A stretch of 64,000 bases of DNA from an uncultured Pseudomonadota bacterium (GCA_903929455.1 CAIYVA010000110.1:14651-78650), one strand, 5' to 3'; shown: positions 26,623 through 36,728, counted from the stretch's first letter. Notes: generated from the sequence alone by a model not told the origin. Made by a program: numbers and translations.

Positions 26623-28302
26623 TTAGAACAAGCCGATAACCTTACCCTGATCATCGATGTCGATCTTGTCAGCGGATGGGATCTTAGGAAGTCCTGGCAT
26701 GGTCATCACATCACCACATACCATCACCACAAACTCCGCACCGGCCGCTAAGCGTACTTCCCGAACGTTGACCGTATGGCCGGAAGGGGCACCCCGTAGG
26801 GTCGGATCGGTTGAGAACGAGTACTGGGTCTTAGCCACACACACCGGATAGTGGCCGTAGCCTGAATCCTGCAGCAGCTTGATCTGAGCACGGATCTTGG
26901 CATCAGCCGATATATCCGCCGCACCATAGATCTTGGTGGCGATGGTCTTCATCTTGTCCCACAAAGGCATCGACTCTTCATACACAAAGGTCGCTTTAGC
27001 CGTGCTCTTCTCAATGACCTCAACCACCGCACGGGCGACATCCGCCGCTCCCGCACCACCCTCAGCCCAGTGACGGGCCAGAATGACCGGTGCGTTGTGC
27101 TTGGCCATCTTCTCCTTCAGAAGGGCCACTTCCGCATCCGTATCAAAGGTGAAGTGGTTGATCGAGATCACGCACGGCAGGCCGTAGTGGTTACGCACGT
27201 TGTTGACGTGACGCTCCAAGTTAGCAATACCCTTCTCAAGCGCCGCTAAGTTCTCGGTGTTGAGCGACTTCACATCCACCCCACCGTGGAACTTAAGGGC
27301 TCGGATGGTCGCCACAATCACCACCGCTGCGGGGTTTAAGCCCGCCTTGCGGCACTTGATGTCAATAAACTTCTCAGCGCCCAGATCGGCTCCAAAGCCG
27401 GCTTCTGTGACCACATAGTCAGCGAGCTTCAATGCGGTCTTGGTGGCCAGTACCGAGTTACAGCCGTGGGCAATGTTGGCAAAGGGGCCGCCGTGGATGA
27501 AGGCGGGGTTGTTCTCCAGCGTCTGCACCAGGTTAGGCTTCAGGGCGTCCTTCAGCAGGACCGTCATAGCACCCTGGGCGTTCAAATCACGGGCCAGCAC
27601 CGGCTTCTGGTCGCGGGTGTAGCCAATCACGATGTTGCCTAGGCGGTTCTTTAAATCCGCAATCGAGGTGGCGAGACAAAAGATCGCCATCACTTCGGAG
27701 GCCACCACAATGTCAAAGCCATCTTGGCGGGGGTAGCCATTGCCTGGGCCGCCCAAGGACACGGTAATGTCTCTAAGCGCTCGGTCGTTCATGTCCATCA
27801 CGCGCTTCCACGCGATCCGGCGCACATCAATCCCCAGCTCATTGCCGTGGTGAATATGGTTATCAATCAAGGCTGACAGCAGGTTATTGGCCAGCGCAAT
27901 CGCGTTAAAGTCGCCGGTAAAGTGCAGGTTGATGTCCTCCATAGGAACGACCTGTGCATAACCGCCACCGGCCGCACCACCCTTCATGCCAAAGACCGGG
28001 CCTAAGCTTGGCTCACGCAGGCAAATCACCGCCTTCTTGCCAATCTTGTTGAGTGCATCGCCCAATCCCACCGTGGTGGTGGTCTTGCCTTCACCGGCAG
28101 GCGTTGGGCTGATCGCTGTCACTAAAATCAGCTTGCCATCAGGCCGTGACTTCAGACTCTCCAGAAAATCAAAGCCAATCTTCGCCTTGTAGTGCCCGTA
28201 GCTCTCTAAACTCGCTAACGGAATACCAATCTTCGCCGCTATCTCCGTGATCGGCTTTAACGTCGCTTTCTGCGCAATCTCAATGTCTGAAGGCACGAGC
28301 AT
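26623..28302 (-). CDS. fhs: formate--tetrahydrofolate ligase
   Basis: SDIEIAQ..., [12 protein letters not shown]-loop, [24 protein letters not shown] 28302 (Met14 of the ORF) is preceded by AGGGGA. Confidence 0.95.
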   Translation of the reverse strand: MLVPSDIEIAQKATLKPITEIAAKIGIPLASLESYGHYKAKIGFDFLESLKSRPDGKLILVTAISPTPAGEGKTTTTVGLGDALNKIGKKAVICLREPSLGPVFGMKGGAAGGGYAQVVPMEDINLHFTGDFNAIALANNLLSALIDNHIHHGNELGIDVRRIAWKRVMDMNDRALRDITVSLGGPGNGYPRQDGFDIVVASEVMAIFCLATSIADLKNRLGNIVIGYTRDQKPVLARDLNAQGAMTVLLKDALKPNLVQTLENNPAFIHGGPFANIAHGCNSVLATKTALKLADYVVTEAGFGADLGAEKFIDIKCRKAGLNPAAVVIVATIRALKFHGGVDVKSLNTENLAALEKGIANLERHVNNVRNHYGLPCVISINHFTFDTDAEVALLKEKMAKHNAPVILARHWAEGGAGAADVARAVVEVIEKSTAKATFVYEESMPLWDKMKTIATKIYGAADISADAKIRAQIKLLQDSGYGHYPVCVAKTQYSFSTDPTLRGAPSGHTVNVREVRLAAGAEFVVMVCGDVMTMPGLPKIPSADKIDIDDQGKVIGLF

Positions 28303-28370
28303 TTCCCCTGATGACGACTCCGTACAGGAGCCTGTTAGCACTAAAAAATAGATCCATCAATATAGCAAAT

Positions 28371-29060
28371 TTAGGCAGGCACTGAGGGCGCTGCGTCTTT
28401 GAAAGCGCGCAACTGGCGCCTTACCACCAACGCCTCGGCGTACATCGCGCACTCGCTGGGAGTAACCATTTGCAGGCCACCGGGCACCGTCATCTGAATA
28501 CCGCACTCGGTCACTACAAAGTCCATCAAAATATCGTGCGGCTGCGGATCTGTGGTTTCTACGCGAGACAGCTCAAAAGCCAAAGCAATCGATAAGGGCT
28601 GTGGCTGGAGCGCGGCCAACGTGCGATCAAAAAACCCGCCGCCATAACCTAGTCGGTCTCCTTGCTTGCCTATACCCACCACCGGCACCAATAAAGCCGT
28701 CGGTCTAACCAGTGGCGTGCCGTCAGGAATCGGTAAATCGTAGGCCCCCTGTGTCATCGGACAATCAGGAAACCACTCACGAAACACCAAGGGTTGTGCT
28801 TTTGCAATGACGACGGGCAAGGCCGCTCGTGCGCCCTGCCCTAATAATTTAACCGCCAATGGCCGCGCATCAAACTCGGCCTGAAACGGCCAACAAATCC
28901 CCATTGCTAAATCTTTCAGAACAGGGAAGCCACTCATTAACAATGACTCTATGGCGGCGCTCCAACGCGCGTGGTCAGCTACAGATGCCGCCACTCGGCG
29001 CGCAATCAGTGAGGCGCGTAGAGCTTTCCGCCATTGGGCTAATTCGGGTGATAAGGTCAT
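28371..29060 (-). CDS. 5-formyltetrahydrofolate cyclo-ligase family protein
   Basis: 229 aa with the C-terminal motif RLGYGGGFFDRTL typical of the MTHFS/YgfA family. Confidence 0.75.
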   Translation of the reverse strand: MTLSPELAQWRKALRASLIARRVAASVADHARWSAAIESLLMSGFPVLKDLAMGICWPFQAEFDARPLAVKLLGQGARAALPVVIAKAQPLVFREWFPDCPMTQGAYDLPIPDGTPLVRPTALLVPVVGIGKQGDRLGYGGGFFDRTLAALQPQPLSIALAFELSRVETTDPQPHDILMDFVVTECGIQMTVPGGLQMVTPSECAMYAEALVVRRQLRAFKDAAPSVPA

Positions 29061-29267
29061 AAAAAATCTCCACGCACATTTTAGCTGAAGACGAAGATAG
29101 GAGGAATAAATACCTAGATGATGGCGACCTCACTGCGGTTTGGCCGTCACGCAAGCGCCTCGACGCTCATAGCGGTGATACACAGGAACTACTTTAGGCC
29201 TACGCTCTGTCGATGCTTCTCTCGCCAAGTCATACGTCTCGCATCAAGGACGACATCCACTGCGCAG

Positions 29268-31784
29268 TTAGCCCTCGCGCAAAGTGCTTGAAGGTGGCGC
29301 ACGCAGAACCGACCACGTCGCTAACGTACCGGTCACACCGACAAGCACCGTGCCCGCCACAACCCCACCTAGCCAAAGGAAGCTATTAAATCGGTACGGC
29401 AAATGAAACAGATATACCGACAACCACCACCCCGCGAGCGAGGCCGCACAGGCAGCCAAAACACCAGCCAACACCCCAATCGCCATAAACTCAACCACGA
29501 CACCACTCAGCACCAGTCGCCGGCTGGCACCTAACGTGCGCAGCAAAGCACTCTCAAAACGACGCTCCTGCCGAGTTGCTTGTATCGCAGCCAACAATAC
29601 CAACATGCCAGCCAACAGAGAAAAAGCAAAGACAACTTGTATCGCATCCGATGCGCGATCAATGATTTCGTTTACCTGCTGCATGATTTGCTGAATATCA
29701 AATACAGTGACACTTGGAAACTGTTTAACTAAATCTGCAAGCATCAATCTTTGGTGAGCATCCAAATACACGCTCGTCATAGAAGTGCCCGTTGAGGAAT
29801 CTAGTACACCTGGCGAAAAAACCAAGAAGAAGTTTGGCCTGAACCCGTCCCAGCGCACTTTACGAACACTGGTGAGTGTAGCGACTAATTTTTCACCGGC
29901 GATATCAAAAGACAATCGATCTCCCAATCGCAAGTTGAGGGATTCCTGAAACTCAGTGGCGACTGATACCGACGGCTGCTCACCACCTGCGGTAGACCAC
30001 CACGCACCAGCAACGATCTGATTGTCAGGTGGCAACGCTTGTGACCACGACAAATTTTGCTCGCGATCGGCAAATCGCTGCCCACGCTCAGTCATATTTG
30101 TAAGGTCCGCGACAGGTAAATCATTGACAGCGATGAGGCGCCCACGCACCCATGGGGAAAAGGTGGGGGATGCCACACCATTCGACACCAATAAGTGATT
30201 GAGCGCGGACACATCAGCCGGCGGGATATTAATTAAAAAGTGATTGGGAGCTGCGACCGGAAGACTATGCTGCCACTCCCTCATCAGATCCTGGCGAACA
30301 ATGAGCAGCAACAGCAAGACTGTAAGGCCAAGACCAAATGCAACGACCTGTACCGCGCTCTCATGACCGCGACGCGCAATATTGGACAAACCATAGCGCC
30401 ATGCGACACCAGCAGCGCCCCGCACGCCATGGGTCACCTTAACGAGCGCGCGGCCGGCCATATATAAGGTGGCGCCGGCTACCACAGCGGCTGTACCCGC
30501 CTGCGCGGCGAGCAGGTAATCTTGTACAAGCACATACAAGATAGTCACCAGCGCACCCGCCGCCATCAAGTAAGGCAGTCCGTAACGCAACGTGGGCGCC
30601 ACCACATGGCGGCTTAACACGCGCGCAGGAGGCACTTGCTTTAGCTCTAACAGAGGTGGCAGTGCGAATCCCAACAACAGCGCGATCGCCGTACCGATAC
30701 ATAACCAGACGGGTGTCCAAGATGGCTGCGGCACCGACACCTTCATAAGCCCTTTTAGTAGCCAGCTCAAACCTAGCTGCGAGCCATACCCAACAGCAAT
30801 TCCCAGTATTGATGCACTGAGGCCCAAAAGCAGTAGCTCCCCCGCTGTCACTAGGAGTATGAAGCGCTGACTGGCACCCATGCATTTCAATAAGGCAGCA
30901 AAATCAAGGTGCGTACTGGCAAAGCGGCGCGCAGCCATGGCGATAGCAACGGATGACAGCAACAGAGTAACGAGTGCCGCCAGGTTAAGAAATTGGCCGG
31001 CACGAACAATTGCCGAATGCAATTGATTATTTGACTCAGCTGGATCGACTAACCGCTCGCCCGCTTTTTTATGAGCACGTAGCCACTGTTGGTAGGCGGC
31101 TATCTGCTCAGCAGAGCCAGCCACCAGCAACGTCCACGTCGCGCGGCTGCCGGATACCAAAAGATGGGTTGCCAGCAAGTCAGCCTGATTGATCAACACT
31201 GTCGGCGCAAGATCAGCAAAGCCTGCGCCCTGGTCGGGCCGGTAATCGAGCGAGGCTGCTACTGATAACGACAAATCACCCAGTGCCAAGGAGCCGCCCA
31301 CAGGGATTCCTAAGCGGGTAAGCAGGCGTGGATCAGCCCACACCACGCCCACAGACGGACCTCCAACGACTGGTAGCGCCGGAGCGAAGGGCTGCAAGGA
31401 TAAACGAATGGCTCCCCTGAGTGGGTAAGCCTGATCAGCGGCAATCACATTCACCAACTGACTGCTTTCACCAGCAAAAACAACACTTGAAAAACTAATG
31501 GTCGAAGCCGTTTGTAGACCGGATGCCTGAGCTTGCAGCCGATACACATTGTCCTGATCTATCGGCCGAGCAGACTCCAGGCGAAGGTCGGCTGCTAGCA
31601 CGACGTCAGCCTGCTCACGAATGAGGTGCTCCATTCGACTCGTCAGAAAGCCAACAGACGATAGAGCAGCCAGCGCAATCACTAGCGACATAAATAATAC
31701 GGTCAACTGCCCACCACGCAGGTCGCGCATGAGCGAACGCATGGCGAAGCGCAATCCGATCAGAAAGTGTGTGTTATTGGCCAA
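29268..31784 (-). CDS. ybbP: FtsX-domain ABC transporter permease (YbbP-type, two FtsX modules)
   Basis: 838 aa multi-spanning protein. Overlaps the upstream ATPase gene by 11 nt. The tesA-ybbA-ybbP arrangement matches E. coli. Confidence 0.8.
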   Translation of the reverse strand: MANNTHFLIGLRFAMRSLMRDLRGGQLTVLFMSLVIALAALSSVGFLTSRMEHLIREQADVVLAADLRLESARPIDQDNVYRLQAQASGLQTASTISFSSVVFAGESSQLVNVIAADQAYPLRGAIRLSLQPFAPALPVVGGPSVGVVWADPRLLTRLGIPVGGSLALGDLSLSVAASLDYRPDQGAGFADLAPTVLINQADLLATHLLVSGSRATWTLLVAGSAEQIAAYQQWLRAHKKAGERLVDPAESNNQLHSAIVRAGQFLNLAALVTLLLSSVAIAMAARRFASTHLDFAALLKCMGASQRFILLVTAGELLLLGLSASILGIAVGYGSQLGLSWLLKGLMKVSVPQPSWTPVWLCIGTAIALLLGFALPPLLELKQVPPARVLSRHVVAPTLRYGLPYLMAAGALVTILYVLVQDYLLAAQAGTAAVVAGATLYMAGRALVKVTHGVRGAAGVAWRYGLSNIARRGHESAVQVVAFGLGLTVLLLLLIVRQDLMREWQHSLPVAAPNHFLINIPPADVSALNHLLVSNGVASPTFSPWVRGRLIAVNDLPVADLTNMTERGQRFADREQNLSWSQALPPDNQIVAGAWWSTAGGEQPSVSVATEFQESLNLRLGDRLSFDIAGEKLVATLTSVRKVRWDGFRPNFFLVFSPGVLDSSTGTSMTSVYLDAHQRLMLADLVKQFPSVTVFDIQQIMQQVNEIIDRASDAIQVVFAFSLLAGMLVLLAAIQATRQERRFESALLRTLGASRRLVLSGVVVEFMAIGVLAGVLAACAASLAGWWLSVYLFHLPYRFNSFLWLGGVVAGTVLVGVTGTLATWSVLRAPPSSTLREG

Positions 31785-32442
31785 TCAAGCGACCAGCATC
31801 GAGCTGCAGCACTCGGTCACAACGACCAGCCAGTGCGTGATCGTGCGTGACTAAAACCAGAGTAGTTTGTGCGGATTGATTGAACTCGAATAGCAACTCG
31901 ATAATGCGCGCCCCGGTCACCATATCGAGGTTGCCGGTCGGCTCATCGGCGAAAAGCACATCCGGTTTACAGACAAATGCACGAGCCAGTGCAACACGCT
32001 GCTGTTCTCCGCCTGATAGCTGACGCGGGTAGTGACTCAACCGCGCGCTTAATCCGACGTGATCTAAGGCCTCACGAGCCAAGGCCTGAGCATTCCTTTC
32101 ACCTGCCAGCTCGAGGGGCAGCAAGACGTTCTCAAGCGCAGTAAGAGACGGCAATAAATGGAAGGACTGGAATACAAAGCCCACGTGCCGCGCCCTCACT
32201 GCCGCGCGCCCGTCTTCGTCTAAAACGCTTAAGTCTTGCCCCATCAGCCACGCGCTGCCCCTCGTTGGCACGTCGAGCCCCGCCAACAAAGCCAACAGGG
32301 TGGACTTACCGGCCCCCGACGGCCCTACTATGGCCACCGTCTCAGCGCGCACCATGCTAAAACTAATATCGTGCACGATAGTCAGTATGCCCTCGGGACT
32401 GCTAACCTCTTTAGTGACGTGTCGCGACTCAATGACTAGCAA
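31774..32442 (-). CDS. ybbA: ABC transporter ATP-binding protein (YbbA-type)
   Basis: Walker A GPSGAGKST, signature LSGGEQQR, Walker B VLFADEPT. Apparent TTG start. Confidence 0.9.
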   Translation of the reverse strand: MLVIESRHVTKEVSSPEGILTIVHDISFSMVRAETVAIVGPSGAGKSTLLALLAGLDVPTRGSAWLMGQDLSVLDEDGRAAVRARHVGFVFQSFHLLPSLTALENVLLPLELAGERNAQALAREALDHVGLSARLSHYPRQLSGGEQQRVALARAFVCKPDVLFADEPTGNLDMVTGARIIELLFEFNQSAQTTLVLVTHDHALAGRCDRVLQLDAGRLIGQ

Positions 32443-32465
32443 CGCATTCCCCTAGGTAACTCTAT

Positions 32466-33110
32466 TTGCGCCATTTAATTCTACTGCTGACTGCGTTGCT
32501 AATGGCCGTCAGCGCAGTAGCCGCAATGACGCCCAAAAGCCAACAGACGCCTTTACCGACCTTAGTGGTACTAGGCGACTCACTCAGCGCAGGCTATGGC
32601 ATACGGCTGGAAGACGGCTGGGTCGCACTATTACGGTCGCGACTACAGCGCCAAGGGTACGGAGTTGAGCTCATCAATGCTAGCGTCAGTGGGGAAACGA
32701 GTGCCGGTGGGCTCGCTCGGCTACCGCATATCCTCGAAAAGAATCACCCTAAGTGGCTAATCATCGAATTGGGCGCCAATGATGGCCTCCGCGGCCTTCC
32801 CACCCAAGAATTACACGCCAACTTAAGCGGTCTTGTTAAAAAGGCGCAAGCAGCAGGCGTCACCGTCCTACTAATTGGCATACGCCTACCAAGTAATTAC
32901 GGCGAACGCTATGTCACCGCTTTTGCAAAGACTTTCGTCCAAGTAGCCGCGGAGCAGCACGTTGCAATAACGGAAAATTTACTGTCGGACGTCCCTCTTG
33001 AGGACAAAAACTTCCAAGCAGATCACCTACACCCAACGGCCGCTGTTCAAAGCCAACTAGCCAATACGGTCTGGCGAACACTTGAGCCGCTGATGAAAAA
33101 TAAACACTGA
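32466..33110 (+). CDS. tesA: SGNH/GDSL arylesterase, thioesterase I / lysophospholipase L1
   Basis: Signal peptide followed by VVLGDSLSAGYG (block I), GANDGLR (block III) and DHLHP (block V). Apparent TTG start. Confidence 0.9.
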   Translation: MRHLILLLTALLMAVSAVAAMTPKSQQTPLPTLVVLGDSLSAGYGIRLEDGWVALLRSRLQRQGYGVELINASVSGETSAGGLARLPHILEKNHPKWLIIELGANDGLRGLPTQELHANLSGLVKKAQAAGVTVLLIGIRLPSNYGERYVTAFAKTFVQVAAEQHVAITENLLSDVPLEDKNFQADHLHPTAAVQSQLANTVWRTLEPLMKNKH

Positions 33111-33127
33111 GTCAAAAGAACACAGCT

Positions 33128-34438
33128 ATGCATAGTCAATTTTCGTTACTCACACAAAAACGCTTCCTGCCGTTTTTCACGACCCAGGCCCTCGGTGCGT
33201 TTAATGACAATGTGTATAAAAACGTATTGGTAATTTTAGCCACCTACCATACCGCACGCTATAGCGCGATGGACCTAGGTCTACTGACCAATTTAGCTGC
33301 CGGCCTCTTTATTTTTCCCTACCTGCTGTTCTCTGGCATAGCAGGCCAGCTCGCAGATAAATACGACAAGACGGTTATTCTTCGAACCGTTAAGATTTGT
33401 GAAATCGCCATTATGCTCGTGGCAAGCGTGGGCCTCGCCATGCATATGATGAGCATTCTGCTAATGGCAGTGTTTCTAATGGGCGCGCACTCTACGTTTT
33501 TCGCGCCAGCGAAATATGGCCTTTTGCCAGAGATTTTGGCGGAGTCAGAACTGACGGGCGGCAACGCCTTGCTGGAAATGGGCACATTCATTGCCATTGT
33601 GCTTGGGACGCTCCTCGCCGGGCTTCTCGCTGGCGTCGACCAACTGTCACTCACCATTGGTGTTCTGATGACTATCTCAGTCGCAGGATTTTTATCGAGT
33701 CGAGCCATCCCTTCACTGAGCGCCATCGACCCAACGTTAAAAATTGACTGGAATATCGTCCGCGCCACTGTAGCAAGCCTTAAGGTGACACGAGCTGAGC
33801 CGCTGGTGTTGCGCGCCATTATCGCGATCTCTTGGTTCTGGTTATTCGGTGTTGTCATACTCACGCATATTCCCATGCTGGGCGCGCGCGTGATGCACGG
33901 CACGGAGGGCGTCGTTACTCTGCTGCTGGTTGGATTTTCGGTTGGCATCGGTGTTGGTTCCTTGGCCTGCGAGCGCATTACAGGGCGCGCGCTCAACATT
34001 GGACTGGTCCCCATAGGCAGCTTGGGTCTTTCGCTATTTTCGATCGATTTATCTGTCGCCAGTGCGCAGTTACTTCAGGTGTCTCATATATCCGCGCAGC
34101 AGTTCCTGCAGTCATGGATCGGCGCGCACATTTTGGCCGACGTCTTACTGATGGGAATCGCTGGGGGTCTCTACATTGTGCCGCTGTATACGCTCATGAC
34201 CCAAAAAAGTCCCGCGCGGGTACGATCGCGCATCGTCAGTGCGAACAGCATTTGGAACGCTCTATTCATGGTGGTCGGCTCTTTATTGGCAGCGACAGTG
34301 CTGGCACGTGGCTGGAGCGTTCTGCAGCTGCTGCTAGGCTTAGGGTTCCTCAATGTGCTGTTCGCTACGTGGTTATTCGTTAGGACCCCTGAGTTTATTA
34401 GAGAGCTTTATTCTATTTTCGTGCGCTCCCGTGGCTAA
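33128..34438 (+). CDS. lplT: MFS lysophospholipid transporter LplT-like
   Basis: FFTTQALGAFNDN, GQLADKYDK and FFAPAKYGLLPEIL...GNALLEMGTF parallel E. coli LplT segments as I recall them. Confidence 0.7.
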   Translation: MHSQFSLLTQKRFLPFFTTQALGAFNDNVYKNVLVILATYHTARYSAMDLGLLTNLAAGLFIFPYLLFSGIAGQLADKYDKTVILRTVKICEIAIMLVASVGLAMHMMSILLMAVFLMGAHSTFFAPAKYGLLPEILAESELTGGNALLEMGTFIAIVLGTLLAGLLAGVDQLSLTIGVLMTISVAGFLSSRAIPSLSAIDPTLKIDWNIVRATVASLKVTRAEPLVLRAIIAISWFWLFGVVILTHIPMLGARVMHGTEGVVTLLLVGFSVGIGVGSLACERITGRALNIGLVPIGSLGLSLFSIDLSVASAQLLQVSHISAQQFLQSWIGAHILADVLLMGIAGGLYIVPLYTLMTQKSPARVRSRIVSANSIWNALFMVVGSLLAATVLARGWSVLQLLLGLGFLNVLFATWLFVRTPEFIRELYSIFVRSRG

Positions 34439-34494
34439 AACAGCGCTAAGCTGTCTGCAGCTGCAGAGCCTACAGCGCGTCACTCTCAGGTGTC

Positions 34495-36183
34495 ATGATG
34501 GATAAAATCTGGCTGAAGTCTTATCCGGCGGGCATACCCTGGGAAGTCGACCCGTCCACCTATCAATCACTGGTTGAGCTCTTTGAGGAGGCGGTGGCGC
34601 GTTATTCTGCGCGCCCTGCCTATACGAATTTCGGCCGCACACTGACATTCGGGGATGTCGATCGCTTAAGTCGGTCATTCGCAGCTTGGTTACAAATAGA
34701 GGCCAAACTGGTGCCGGGCGATCGCATCGCGCTCATGATGCCAAACATTCTGCAGTATCCAGTTGCTCTGTTTGGGGCGTTGCGTGCGGGCCTTTGTGTG
34801 GTGAATACCAACCCACTGTATACAGCAAGGGAACTGCACCATCAGCTAAAAGACTCAGGCGCGCGGGTCATCGTCGCTTTCGATGGTGCGGGGCTGGTGA
34901 TTAGCGAGGCCATTGTTGACACTGCGGTGGAGCGCGTGATTCTGACTGGCGTGGGCGATCTGGTGGGTTTCCCACAAGGCACGCTCATCAATTTTGTGCT
35001 GCGCTACGTTAAGCGACAAGTGCCACGTCACACCTTGAGGTGCATGGAGCGCTTCACGTCAGTGTTGGCACGCAGCGATCATCGTACATTTGAGCGCGTC
35101 CCCGTGTCTGCCGAGGATCTCGCTTTCCTGCAGTACACCGGTGGGACTACTGGCGTGTCTAAGGGCGCCATGCTGACACATCGCAATATGGTGGCGAATA
35201 CTTTGCAGGCAGATGCTTGGCTCAGCATGTTTACGGGCAACCGGCAAGAGCAGCAGGTAGTGGTTGGGGCCTTGCCGCTGTACCACATCTTCGCATTAAC
35301 CTCGATCGCGCTATTGTGGATGCATCAAGGTGGCCACACGGTTCTGATCACGAATCCGCGGGATATGCATGGCTTTGTGAACATACTGCGACGTTATCGA
35401 TGCACTATCTACTATGGTGTGAATACCTTGTTCAATGGACTACTCAATACACCAGGAATTGAGAAGGTGGATTTTTCGAGGCTTCACTCGTGTGTCGCGG
35501 GAGGCATGGCTTTACAAAGCGTAGTCGCGCAGAGATGGAAAGCACTCACTGGCTGTACGCTGTCACAGGGCTGGGGCCTAACAGAGACGTCACCCGTAGC
35601 CACGACCATGCCGTACGGCGTGGATTTCAATCACTCGATTGGACTACCCGTACCAAGCACCAGCATTTCTATCCGTGACGAGCAAGGCAACGAGCTGCCA
35701 GTAGACTCAGAGGGGGAGATTTGCGTGCAAGGACCGCAGGTCATGAAAGGTTACTGGAAGCATGCCGAAGAGACAGCCGCGGTGATGTTACCGGGCGGTT
35801 GGCTACGAACTGGCGACCTAGGTCATATGGACGCGCAGGGCTATGTTTATCTAGATGATCGCAAAAAAGACATGATCGTGGTCTCGGGCTTCAAGGTATT
35901 CCCCAATGAAGTGGAGGGGGTGCTGGCTAGCCATCCGGGCGTGTTGGAGGTCGCGGCGGTGGCTGAAGCCGACACGCACTCAAGCGAGGCGGTTGCTGTT
36001 TTCGTTGTTAGAAAAGACCCCTCCCTGACGGCTGAGACACTGATTGCTTATGCGCATCAGTCTCTTACGTCCTACAAAGTGCCTAAGCATGTGTACTTTC
36101 GGACTTCTTTGCCGAAAACCAATGTCGGGAAAATTCTCCGCCGGGCACTGCGCGATGAGCTCGCGCAACGCACAAGCGACTAG
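34495..36183 (+). CDS. fadD: long-chain-fatty-acid--CoA ligase
   Basis: N-terminal KIWLKSYPAGIPWEVDPSTYQSLVELFEEAV parallels E. coli FadD. AMP-binding motifs YTGGTTGVSKGA, GWGLTE, TGDLG and GKILRR. Confidence 0.9.
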   Translation: MMDKIWLKSYPAGIPWEVDPSTYQSLVELFEEAVARYSARPAYTNFGRTLTFGDVDRLSRSFAAWLQIEAKLVPGDRIALMMPNILQYPVALFGALRAGLCVVNTNPLYTARELHHQLKDSGARVIVAFDGAGLVISEAIVDTAVERVILTGVGDLVGFPQGTLINFVLRYVKRQVPRHTLRCMERFTSVLARSDHRTFERVPVSAEDLAFLQYTGGTTGVSKGAMLTHRNMVANTLQADAWLSMFTGNRQEQQVVVGALPLYHIFALTSIALLWMHQGGHTVLITNPRDMHGFVNILRRYRCTIYYGVNTLFNGLLNTPGIEKVDFSRLHSCVAGGMALQSVVAQRWKALTGCTLSQGWGLTETSPVATTMPYGVDFNHSIGLPVPSTSISIRDEQGNELPVDSEGEICVQGPQVMKGYWKHAEETAAVMLPGGWLRTGDLGHMDAQGYVYLDDRKKDMIVVSGFKVFPNEVEGVLASHPGVLEVAAVAEADTHSSEAVAVFVVRKDPSLTAETLIAYAHQSLTSYKVPKHVYFRTSLPKTNVGKILRRALRDELAQRTSD

Positions 36184-36728
36184 AGCCTCTTTTCTAAGAC
36201 CACAAACTCCAGATCGCTACGCTTAGGGATGCCGAAACGCGGATCAGCACTCGGGAATGGGACACGCTCACTGGTGATGTGATACCCACGACGTTGATAC
36301 CAGCTCAATAGCTCGGTGCGAACACTAATGACCGTCATACGTAGTTGCGATACGCCCATTTCGATGCGCGCATATGTTTCAGCGGCAATGAGTAGCTGCC
36401 GACCTAAGCCGAGGTTTTGCATGGAAGGCTCTATGCTCACCATGCCAACATATGCGCTATCTGACGACACTTTAGAGACGTGACAGCAACCAAACAGCGC
36501 GCCGGTACTGCGCATAACCAAGACAACGCTCGCTGGCGCTCCAATCAAATCATGGAGCCCCTGCTCATCAATGCGCTGTCCGTCTAGGAGATCTGCTTCC
36601 GTCGTCCAACCTAAACGGCTGGAATCACCACGATAGGCACTATTCACGAACTGTACGAGTCGCGGGATGTCGCGGACAGTGGCCACCACCACGGAACGTT
36701 CTACTCTGGCTGATGCATCACTAGCCAT
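36180..36728 (-). CDS. GNAT-family N-acetyltransferase
   Basis: 182 aa with the acetyl-CoA-binding-type segment QNLGLGRQLL. Its stop overlaps the fadD stop in the palindrome CTAG. Confidence 0.75.
   Translation of the reverse strand: MASDASARVERSVVVATVRDIPRLVQFVNSAYRGDSSRLGWTTEADLLDGQRIDEQGLHDLIGAPASVVLVMRSTGALFGCCHVSKVSSDSAYVGMVSIEPSMQNLGLGRQLLIAAETYARIEMGVSQLRMTVISVRTELLSWYQRRGYHITSERVPFPSADPRFGIPKRSDLEFVVLEKRL

Noticed and set aside
33319-34383. 231-aa minus-strand and 183-aa plus-strand alternative-frame ORFs within the lplT-like gene
   Set aside because: The annotated frame gives a coherent multi-spanning MFS protein with LplT-like motifs. The others are Arg/Ser/Pro-rich shadow frames.
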